Source: a virus
Virus record (IMG/VR): IMGVR_UViG_3300040751_001853
Strand: one strand, 5' to 3'
Length of the DNA: 64,000 nucleotides
Part shown: piece by piece, positions 10,423-17,648 of the stretch
How the letters are laid out: each line of letters begins with the position of its first letter
How positions within the stretch are numbered: position 1 is the stretch's first letter
Made by a program: the position numbers and the translations under genes
The notes under the pieces: generated by a model
Databases searched by the model: none
What the model was told of the DNA's origin: nothing
Seen by the model: only the letters and a program-made list of their open reading frames with translations

Positions 10423-11128
10423 AACCTTTATCCTTATATTGCTCTGACCATATACTGTAATCTTTGTTTCTAGGTCTTAGCAGATCATCTTCAGAAAACC
10501 ATTTTGATGAATAGGTTAAATTAAAATTTAGACCATTTTTTTTTGCTAATTCTCTTGCCTCATCTATATCATTTTCATTGTATCTGAATATAATGTATTG
10601 CCAACAAGGCGTAGTATTTAAATGTTTTTTTGACTCAATCATTATATTAAAAAGTTTTTCACCATCTTGGTTAATTCTATATAAACAACTGTCTTCAGGC
10701 AGACCATCTATACCAAATATCCATCTCATATCAGGATGTGATTTGAAAGCTTCTATGTACCATTCTTTAGATTTTAACGAAGACGCATTGTGAATTGTGC
10801 CACCTACGTTTTTCATTTTACATAATTTTAATATATCAATAAAATATTCGTTGTGAACAGGATCAGATAATTGGCCACAAAAATTAATTGTTTTAAACAT
10901 ATCAGTTATTTTAATGAAGTCATCTACTGTTAAATCGTGGCCAGGTATATCTTTGTTATTTGCATAGTAAGTTTGTCTTTGACATCTAGGACATTCTAAT
11001 CCACATCTAGCTGATAAATCAACATTAACACCAGGATTTTCTCCGACATCTCTTGTAAAGAATTGTTGGTGGAAGAATGATGATAATTGTGGTTTTATTT
11101 TGTTTATGAATTTTTCATTGTTATACAT
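10409..11128 (-). CDS. Radical SAM core protein, paralogue of 9428-10084
   Basis: CGLECPRC, FCGQLSDP and FGIDGL. Confidence 0.85.
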   Translation of the reverse strand: MYNNEKFINKIKPQLSSFFHQQFFTRDVGENPGVNVDLSARCGLECPRCQRQTYYANNKDIPGHDLTVDDFIKITDMFKTINFCGQLSDPVHNEYFIDILKLCKMKNVGGTIHNASSLKSKEWYIEAFKSHPDMRWIFGIDGLPEDSCLYRINQDGEKLFNIMIESKKHLNTTPCWQYIIFRYNENDIDEARELAKKNGLNFNLTYSSKWFSEDDLLRPRNKDYSIWSEQYKDKGYDKV

Positions 11129-11979
11129 TTTATTAAATTATCAATTTTATTTTGTTGTTTTGTCAAACAGATTGCAGGCCTATTCCAATAAACACTACCT
11201 CCATCTTTTTTATATTTATCCCTTAAATAAATGACCTCTTTTTTGAGCCATCTAAACTCCATGAATAGTCTAGGTGCAGGATCAAAGTTAGGTTTTGTAT
11301 AGACATATGTTTCAAACTTACCTAATACATTTGTGATTGGCACCATTAGATTGTTTAGTTTAGGGTTTATAAATTTGTCATTGTATGTTATAATACCGTG
11401 ATCAGGATAATTGTGTATGTGTTTTTCTACTTCTCTATAATATATTTCATTTGTGCCTAAAAACAAATACTTAAATTGTATATCTTCTTTTACAGGTTTG
11501 TATATACTAAAGTTTATTATCTTTTCAAATTGTTCTCCCATACCATTAACATATACATCATGGTCGCATAAGTCATAAACTTTTTTAGGTTTGAAATATT
11601 GTAACGCAATAGGATATTCTTTAACATGATTTTCAGAATATACAGATATAAGATTGCCACTAAACAATAAATGTAAAGTTAGAAGTTGATCATTATTGTA
11701 AGTATGTTTATTTAAGTATGCTAAAGTCAGCTGACTTCTTCCCATAATCAATGTTATATCGTTTGATGTGGGTGTGTAAAAATCAAATATTACATTTTCA
11801 TATTTGACATAACATTCATTTAGAGCATTGATGTAAGATTGTTCAGAAAATCTATGGTCTCTTATAATTATTAGTTTTGCTTTTATACCTAAATCATTCA
11901 GAAAACAACAATGTTCATAACTATAATGTAGAAGACCATCACCAGGTTTAGTTGTACATACTATATTTACATTTTTCAT
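11104..11979 (-). CDS. Hypothetical protein, possibly GT-B glycosyltransferase-like; first gene of the leftward operon
   Basis: Long ORF directly after a consensus promoter. C-terminal YVYTKPNFDPAPRLFMEF loosely resembles a GT-B nucleotide-binding segment. Confidence 0.45.
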   Translation of the reverse strand: MKNVNIVCTTKPGDGLLHYSYEHCCFLNDLGIKAKLIIIRDHRFSEQSYINALNECYVKYENVIFDFYTPTSNDITLIMGRSQLTLAYLNKHTYNNDQLLTLHLLFSGNLISVYSENHVKEYPIALQYFKPKKVYDLCDHDVYVNGMGEQFEKIINFSIYKPVKEDIQFKYLFLGTNEIYYREVEKHIHNYPDHGIITYNDKFINPKLNNLMVPITNVLGKFETYVYTKPNFDPAPRLFMEFRWLKKEVIYLRDKYKKDGGSVYWNRPAICLTKQQNKIDNLIKCITMKNS

Positions 11980-11984
11980 ACTAT

Positions 11985-12013
11985 ATTATAACACATTTTA
12001 TAAAAACCGTCAA
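11985..12013 (-). promoter_or_regulatory. Sigma70-type promoter for the leftward operon
   Basis: Minus strand TTGACG-N17-TATAAT, with the ATG (11979) following after 5 nt. A late-type GATAAATA lies just upstream at 12015-12022 (minus). Confidence 0.8.
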
Positions 12014-12024
12014 GTATTTATCGT

Positions 12025-12031
12025 CTAAATA
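12025..12031 (+). promoter_or_regulatory. T4 late-promoter-like element (CTAAATA)
   Basis: Variant of TATAAATA located 5 nt before the ATG at 12037. Confidence 0.5.
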
Positions 12032-12036
12032 ACTAT

Positions 12037-12654
12037 ATGAGTTACAGTAGATTATTGACATATGGTGATGTTATACCTTTAAGATTCAAGTGTAATCCAG
12101 ATAAGTTATTTGAAGAGGTTAAAGACTTTAAATTCCATCAATATAATCCTAGAAAAGACATACCGAGAAACGGTTTAAGTATTACAAGTTTAAACGGTGA
12201 ATTAGATGGTATTGATTTAGACTCAATACCTGAATATAATAAAGAAAACAATGTACATTATACTGAGGCTGATTTTAATACTGTAACAGACGTATATCAT
12301 AAAAGTGAAGAAGTACAAAAAATAGTTGATCCTTGGAAGAGATATATTTGCAGATCACACATATTACATTTACCAGAAGGTGGTTATTTTCCACCTCATA
12401 GAGATTTGCCTGTTTTTAGTGATCAACAAAAAAGTATGAGAATATTGATTCCTCTGAAAGAGTGTAATCCACCATTTATGTATTTTATACATGATGGTAA
12501 GACATTAAATTTTGAACATGGTAGAGCATATTTTGTTAATACTAATAAAATGCATAGTCTATTTTCATTTAGAGATAGTTATATGATAGTGTTAAATGTA
12601 CAAAGTAATGACATTACATATAAAATCATAGGTGACAACTTTTTACATTCATAA
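12037..12654 (+). CDS. AspH/LpxO-like 2OG-Fe(II) oxygenase
   Basis: PPHRD (HxD), RILIPL and distal KMHSLF. Confidence 0.8.
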   Translation: MSYSRLLTYGDVIPLRFKCNPDKLFEEVKDFKFHQYNPRKDIPRNGLSITSLNGELDGIDLDSIPEYNKENNVHYTEADFNTVTDVYHKSEEVQKIVDPWKRYICRSHILHLPEGGYFPPHRDLPVFSDQQKSMRILIPLKECNPPFMYFIHDGKTLNFEHGRAYFVNTNKMHSLFSFRDSYMIVLNVQSNDITYKIIGDNFLHS

Positions 12655-12658
12655 ATAT

Positions 12659-12666
12659 TATAAATA
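12659..12666 (+). promoter_or_regulatory. T4 late promoter TATAAATA
   Basis: Exact consensus upstream of 12743. Confidence 0.75.
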
Positions 12667-12742
12667 GTAAATATTATAATGCCTCAAAAGGTGAAAATGC
12701 ACTTGACGGCAATTATATAAATTAATAATAAAGGAAAATAAC

Positions 12743-13045
12743 ATGAGTACAACTTTTAAATTAGTACAGACAAGACCTACAACTGATGTTCAGTTTTGGG
12801 AAATAACTGACTCTGCCGTTTTAGCTAAATTTGAAGAATATAAAACTAGTGGAGATATAATTAGTTATGATTTTACAGGAACAACTACTGCTGATGGATT
12901 AACAAATACAAAACATGTTGTAGTTAAAGATGGTATTTCGATCTCAAGTTTAATAGCAAACGATCCAGTACTATCTCCATTTACAGCAAAACGTGAGCAA
13001 CATTGTATTAACAATAATATATCATATAGTTTAGAATCAGAGTAA
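12743..13045 (+). CDS. Hypothetical protein (100 aa)
   Basis: AAGGA RBS and own late promoter; no recognised motif. Confidence 0.75.
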   Translation: MSTTFKLVQTRPTTDVQFWEITDSAVLAKFEEYKTSGDIISYDFTGTTTADGLTNTKHVVVKDGISISSLIANDPVLSPFTAKREQHCINNNISYSLESE

Positions 13046-13051
13046 TATATT

Positions 13052-13681
13052 ATGGAATATTTTATTATGTTATTGGTGGGTTTTATATGGTATCAGTTTA
13101 TTGCTATGTTTGGTCTGTCAATAGGCCTACATAGAAAATTTGCCCACAAACAATTTGAAACACCTAAATGGTTTGAGGCAGCTGTTTTATATCTTGCTAT
13201 GTTAGCAGGTAGTAGATCACCACTAGGTTGGGTAGGCGCTCACAGAATACACCACAGACATTCAGATACGGAAGAAGATCCACATAGTCCATTACATAAA
13301 GGTTTTTGGAATGTGTTGGTAAATAACTGGAGAGTAAAACAAATACCTAGGCATTATGTAAGGGATCTATATAAGAATCCTCGTATAATGTTTTTTCATA
13401 AACATTGGTTAAAACTGCATATTGCAACAGCAGTTATAACGCTATTAATAAGTGTACCATTGTTTATTATGTTTGTTCTATCACCTTTAGTGTTAGGTTT
13501 CGTAAGTTACGGAATCTTTAATGCGTTAGGACATAATGATGGTAAACCAGTATATAACTGGTTGATAGGAATTTTATCTGCAGGTGAAGGACACCATGAT
13601 GTTCATCACGCAAATCCTGGGCAGGTACAATTAAGTAAATACGATTTTGCAGGATTAGTTGCTAAAAAACTTTTTATATAA
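13052..13681 (+). CDS. Membrane fatty acid desaturase (delta-9/OLE1-like)
   Basis: Three His boxes HRKFAH, HRIHHRH and HHDVHH, plus DPHSP and hydrophobic helices. Confidence 0.88.
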   Translation: MEYFIMLLVGFIWYQFIAMFGLSIGLHRKFAHKQFETPKWFEAAVLYLAMLAGSRSPLGWVGAHRIHHRHSDTEEDPHSPLHKGFWNVLVNNWRVKQIPRHYVRDLYKNPRIMFFHKHWLKLHIATAVITLLISVPLFIMFVLSPLVLGFVSYGIFNALGHNDGKPVYNWLIGILSAGEGHHDVHHANPGQVQLSKYDFAGLVAKKLFI

Positions 13682-14262
13682 TGACCTTTGATAGAAATAG
13701 TAGTACAGAATGGGTGTCCATGGACTTTAATGTTCCTTGTGATACCATATTAGAAGAATACAATTCAATAAAAGATAATTTAATAATTCATAGACCAGAA
13801 GATGGTCACAAAGATTGGTTCGCTGTAACTCTTTATGGTTTTGGCTCTGATAAGACAAATAGTCATTGGGAGTATAGACAAAAAGGATTAAAACCTTTTA
13901 CTACAGATATAGGTGAAAAATGCACTAATACTATGAATTGGGTAAAAAGTTTACCATACTCACGTATAGATGATGTAAGATTTTTGGTAATAAAACCTAA
14001 AGGTTATATTGCAAAACATATTGATATACCTGAACAAAATTGGCTTGAACCTTTAAATATAAGTATTACCTATCCAGAAGGTAACAAGTTTATTTTAAAT
14101 AACAAAGAATTGAAATATGAGCCTGGTATGAGTGTAGTTTTAAATATACATTATGAGCATTATGTTGAAAATAATTCGGATGAAGAACGAATACACTTAT
14201 TAGTGCATGGCAAAAAAACGAAAGAATTTTATAATTATGTTAAAACCTTTGCACAGCCATAA
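13681..14262 (+). CDS. AspH-like 2OG-Fe(II) oxygenase
   Basis: KHID, EHYVEN and ERIHLLVHG. Confidence 0.8.
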   Translation: MTFDRNSSTEWVSMDFNVPCDTILEEYNSIKDNLIIHRPEDGHKDWFAVTLYGFGSDKTNSHWEYRQKGLKPFTTDIGEKCTNTMNWVKSLPYSRIDDVRFLVIKPKGYIAKHIDIPEQNWLEPLNISITYPEGNKFILNNKELKYEPGMSVVLNIHYEHYVENNSDEERIHLLVHGKKTKEFYNYVKTFAQP

Positions 14263-14752
14263 ACCAGCTACAAGTATTACTTTTATACCTAAAGACAGAC
14301 CTGATATAATTCAACAGTTAAGTAAAATAACTTTTGATAGTAAGGATAAGCTTTATAAAAATTATGTGGATATGAATTGGTTATCTTTTGAAGCAATTAG
14401 TATATACACAATGAAAGATGAGATTGTAGGATTTTCAACTATATTAAAGAGAGATAAATACTTTGATAAAAATGAAGTGAGAATATTAAATAGATACTAT
14501 GAAATGCCTAAAATGAGAAGAACATCAAAAATTATAGCAGACGACCACGTTTGCGAAATGGTTTTACAACAAATAGATATAGCAAAAAAACTAGGCTATT
14601 CCAAAATCTTTATTAGTAGAGAGAAGTCTTTACGATACTTTAAAAAGTTTATATATAACTTAGGACAAAAAACAAATACTATTTGGAATGTATCTGATAT
14701 AAAGATACAAGTTTCACATGGTAGTGAGCAATACAAGGCAAGATTATGTTAA
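14237..14752 (+). CDS. GNAT / acyltransferase-like protein (start likely 14237 rather than 14207)
   Basis: EIVGFSTI...EVRILNRYY...IDIAKKLGYSKIFISRE pattern resembling the GNAT/LuxI-type fold. Confidence 0.5.
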   Translation: MLKPLHSHKPATSITFIPKDRPDIIQQLSKITFDSKDKLYKNYVDMNWLSFEAISIYTMKDEIVGFSTILKRDKYFDKNEVRILNRYYEMPKMRRTSKIIADDHVCEMVLQQIDIAKKLGYSKIFISREKSLRYFKKFIYNLGQKTNTIWNVSDIKIQVSHGSEQYKARLC

Positions 14753-15573
14753 AAAGAGAACAATTACCAGCATTTAAAAAACTATCATATACATTTGATT
14801 ATGAACGTATCAATGAAGTTGTTAGAAATATGCCAGTTGAACAAGAAGATGATTTGAAAGTTAAAGAAGGATACGGTGACCTTGTGGGTGGCAAAACAGC
14901 AAAACTACAAAAAGCATTTGGTTTAAAATTTACTTCAATAGAAGACGCATATCAATTTTTAGTTAATAATGATGTGGCTGAATCTGAATTATATAAAAAC
15001 GAAAGTCAAATAACTAAAGCATTAGGTGGTAAGAGAATGGCTTGGGATTATAGAAGTTATGTTAAGCCTTATGAAAATTATATTGTAAAAGACAAAGATG
15101 GAAAGTATGAAGTTAATGGTTCTCCATATAAACAAATAGCACTTACAGAATATAATCCTGAAATGGAAGATCGTGTTTATGATAAAAAAATACCTAAAAC
15201 ACGATTAGATGAACGACACTATAATAAAGTAAAAGATTGGGTAAGAGGAACATACCTTGAAGAAGTATTAAAAAGTTTTAAAGCTGAACATACAAGAGCA
15301 AGAATTGCTGTTATGGATCCAGGTGCATTTATTGGTGATCATATTGATTATAATACTGACTATTCTGTACGTTATCATATACCTTTAACAACAAATGAAG
15401 ATTGTGGCTTTCACGTTATTGATAGAAATGGTGTAAAACACGAACAAAAAATGTTACCAGGAGAGTGTTGGTTTTTAAATCAAGGTCTTAAACATAGTGC
15501 TTGGAATAAAGGAACAACTACAAGAGCTCATATTATTATTTCGTTTTTGACACAAGAGGATTTAGATGTCTAA
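14746..15573 (+). CDS. AspH-like 2OG-Fe(II) oxygenase
   Basis: RARIAVMDPGAFIGDHID, RYHIPL, KHSAWN and RAHIII. Confidence 0.85.
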   Translation: MLKREQLPAFKKLSYTFDYERINEVVRNMPVEQEDDLKVKEGYGDLVGGKTAKLQKAFGLKFTSIEDAYQFLVNNDVAESELYKNESQITKALGGKRMAWDYRSYVKPYENYIVKDKDGKYEVNGSPYKQIALTEYNPEMEDRVYDKKIPKTRLDERHYNKVKDWVRGTYLEEVLKSFKAEHTRARIAVMDPGAFIGDHIDYNTDYSVRYHIPLTTNEDCGFHVIDRNGVKHEQKMLPGECWFLNQGLKHSAWNKGTTTRAHIIISFLTQEDLDV

Positions 15574-16042
15574 TTATATTGAAACTAATTACAATACTGA
15601 CAAAAAGTTTTTTAAATCATATATTAATAATAAGTGGGAAGATAGTAATGTTTTATATAAAGAGTATATGTCCTGGGAGAATAATAAATTTTTTGTACAA
15701 GAAATAAAAGATTTTGATAGGCCTTTATTAAGAGAAATAAAAAAAATATGGAATTATTTAGGAATAAGACCTAAAGAATGGAGATGTAATTTTTTTAGAG
15801 TTCTTCCTGGTGGTGAATTACCTTTACACGTTGATGTATTGAGTAAAAGTTCAGTTGTTATTCCAGTAACGGAAATGACGGGACCTTTATATTTTGGCGA
15901 CGGCACGGAAGTGTTATATCAAAATATGACAGTAATTAATACAAAAGTAGCTCACGGTGTAAAAGCACCTACAGTTGAAAGAATAGTCTTTCATATGGGA
16001 TTGCATGACATACCTTTTGAAGATATAAAAACAAATGATTAA
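15566..16042 (+). CDS. AspH-like 2OG-Fe(II) oxygenase
   Basis: PGGELPLHVD, AHGV and ERIVF. Confidence 0.78.
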   Translation: MSNYIETNYNTDKKFFKSYINNKWEDSNVLYKEYMSWENNKFFVQEIKDFDRPLLREIKKIWNYLGIRPKEWRCNFFRVLPGGELPLHVDVLSKSSVVIPVTEMTGPLYFGDGTEVLYQNMTVINTKVAHGVKAPTVERIVFHMGLHDIPFEDIKTND

Positions 16043-16703
16043 TGACTTAGCATTTTTATATTTGGATTTACCTAAATTTAATACTACCGTTTCTCTTATT
16101 GAAAGATTAGAAAGAATAGTAGATGAAAATAGTTTTGATGATAAATTTAGAAACTGTCGCCACATACCAATCTATGTAAGTGGTGGCAATACTTTAGAAA
16201 ATAAAACTACAAAACAATGGTCGTCAGAAAGTGATCAATTACCTGAAATTAGATCATACATAGAAAAGTATGTACAACCATGGGCAGGTGATTTAGGGCG
16301 TATCGTAGTTATTTGTACATTACCTAAGGAAGCTAATCCAACACATATAGATTGTAGCCGTAAAAACTTTGCGAACAATACACTAGAACATAAATTTAGA
16401 GTAGTTATAAGAGGTCAAACAGACAATCTATATTTTAATGGGCAAGAAGAAAACTATCATATAAATGAAAATCTATTACAACACCCTTTTATGATGTCAG
16501 GTTATTGGCCTCACACTATGGTTAATAATGATAATACTATGAAATTTACACTAGCAATGGGATCTCCTTGGGATGCTGATGACTCAAATAAAGAGTATAA
16601 AGATTTAATATCTGATTCATATATAAAGTATAAAAATTCATATATATCAAAAAAGGATATGAAAATGCCTAAATATATTGATGATTATTTTTCAAAAAAA
16701 TAA
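16035..16703 (+). CDS. AspH-like 2OG-Fe(II) oxygenase
   Basis: PTHID, KFRVVI and WPHTMVN. Confidence 0.75.
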   Translation: MINDLAFLYLDLPKFNTTVSLIERLERIVDENSFDDKFRNCRHIPIYVSGGNTLENKTTKQWSSESDQLPEIRSYIEKYVQPWAGDLGRIVVICTLPKEANPTHIDCSRKNFANNTLEHKFRVVIRGQTDNLYFNGQEENYHINENLLQHPFMMSGYWPHTMVNNDNTMKFTLAMGSPWDADDSNKEYKDLISDSYIKYKNSYISKKDMKMPKYIDDYFSKK

Positions 16704-16716
16704 AGTAAAAAACAAG

Positions 16717-16724
16717 TATAAATA
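16717..16724 (+). promoter_or_regulatory. T4 late promoter TATAAATA
   Basis: Exact consensus 5 nt before the ATG at 16730. Confidence 0.75.
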
Positions 16725-16729
16725 GTATT

Positions 16730-17065
16730 ATGGCAGCAGTAGCAAATTATGTAATACATCAAGGAACTACGTTCAGTTCAGCAGTAACCGTAAGGGACGC
16801 TTCAGGAAACCCACTAAACTTAGATGGATATACTGCAAGTGCAAAGATGGCCTTAGGTTATGCTTCAACAAGAACAAGAACCACTATTACAACAACTTTT
16901 GATGCCGATAGAACAACAGGTGTTATAACACTTTCTTTAACTGCAGCTCAAACTGCAGCTTTAGACGCACCAGCACGTTATGTTTACGATTTAGATATAA
17001 CGGCAAGTGACAGTACTGTAACAAAAATAATTGAAGGTTTAATCACCGTTAAACCAAACGTTTAA
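16730..17065 (+). CDS. Conserved virion/baseplate-associated Ig-like protein (BppU N-terminal-like)
   Basis: QGTTFS...GVITLSLTAAQTAAL...RYVYDLDI...KIIEGLITV pattern common in marine myoviruses. Confidence 0.6.
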   Translation: MAAVANYVIHQGTTFSSAVTVRDASGNPLNLDGYTASAKMALGYASTRTRTTITTTFDADRTTGVITLSLTAAQTAALDAPARYVYDLDITASDSTVTKIIEGLITVKPNV

Positions 17066-17080
17066 TAATAGGAGAATAAA

Positions 17081-17332
17081 ATGAGTAGTGAATTGAATAC
17101 ACAAACAGATGTGAATAAAGAACAAACTTTTACAATTGATGGTAAAGACTATAAAAGAAGTGAGTTAAATACAAAAACTTTAAATAGTATTATCATTAGA
17201 CAAGACCTACAAGCAACTAGAGTTAAGTTGTCTTTAGAGTTAGAAAAAGTTGCTATTTTACAAAAACACTATGATGATATTATTGCCACTGAATTGGGCA
17301 TTGATACATCAAAAGAAGCTGAAAAAAAGTAG
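17081..17332 (+). CDS. Small coiled-coil hypothetical protein
   Basis: GGAG RBS; FTIDGKDY followed by a heptad-like segment. Confidence 0.65.
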   Translation: MSSELNTQTDVNKEQTFTIDGKDYKRSELNTKTLNSIIIRQDLQATRVKLSLELEKVAILQKHYDDIIATELGIDTSKEAEKK

Positions 17333-17349
17333 TTATTAACTAGTTTTAC

Positions 17350-17397
17350 ATTACCTTATTATTATAAATATTATAAACTTACTAGTAATAAGGTAAT
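17350..17397 (+). promoter_or_regulatory. 12-bp RBS-sequestering hairpin enclosing a late promoter (TATAAATA at 17363-17370)
   Basis: ATTACCTTATTA (17350-17361) is the exact reverse complement of TAATAAGGTAAT (17386-17397), which ends immediately before the ATG at 17398. Confidence 0.7.
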
Positions 17398-17628
17398 ATG
17401 TCAGACAGAATAACAGCTACAATTAATAATAATACTTCGGGACCGAGAAACGTTTCCGTTACTGTTCCATCAGCTTCAACTAGACTTAATGCTCTAGGTG
17501 ATGTTAATGTATCAACATTAAATGATGGTGCAATGCTTCAATATGATAATACTTCTAAAAAATGGACAAGTCGAAATGATATAAAAACTGAAAGTGGAAA
17601 TTTAATATTAAACGGTGGCACATTTTAA
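17398..17628 (+). CDS. Small tail-associated structural protein
   Basis: LGDVNV...DGAMLQYDNTSKKW motif typical of fibre-associated repeats. Confidence 0.6.
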   Translation: MSDRITATINNNTSGPRNVSVTVPSASTRLNALGDVNVSTLNDGAMLQYDNTSKKWTSRNDIKTESGNLILNGGTF

Positions 17629-17648
17629 AAAATAGGGAGAGATTTTAA

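Noticed and set aside
2192-10793. Plus-strand ORFs at 2192, 7049, 8340 and 10578
   Set aside because: They lie wholly antisense to well-supported operon genes and show no coding signal.
4671-13045. RiPP biosynthetic cluster (rSAM-SPASM plus nitroreductase)
   Set aside because: No precursor peptide with a leader/core pattern, RRE/PqqD domain, YcaO, peptidase or exporter was recognised, and the sugar-enzyme content points to glycans. It is kept only as a minor alternative.
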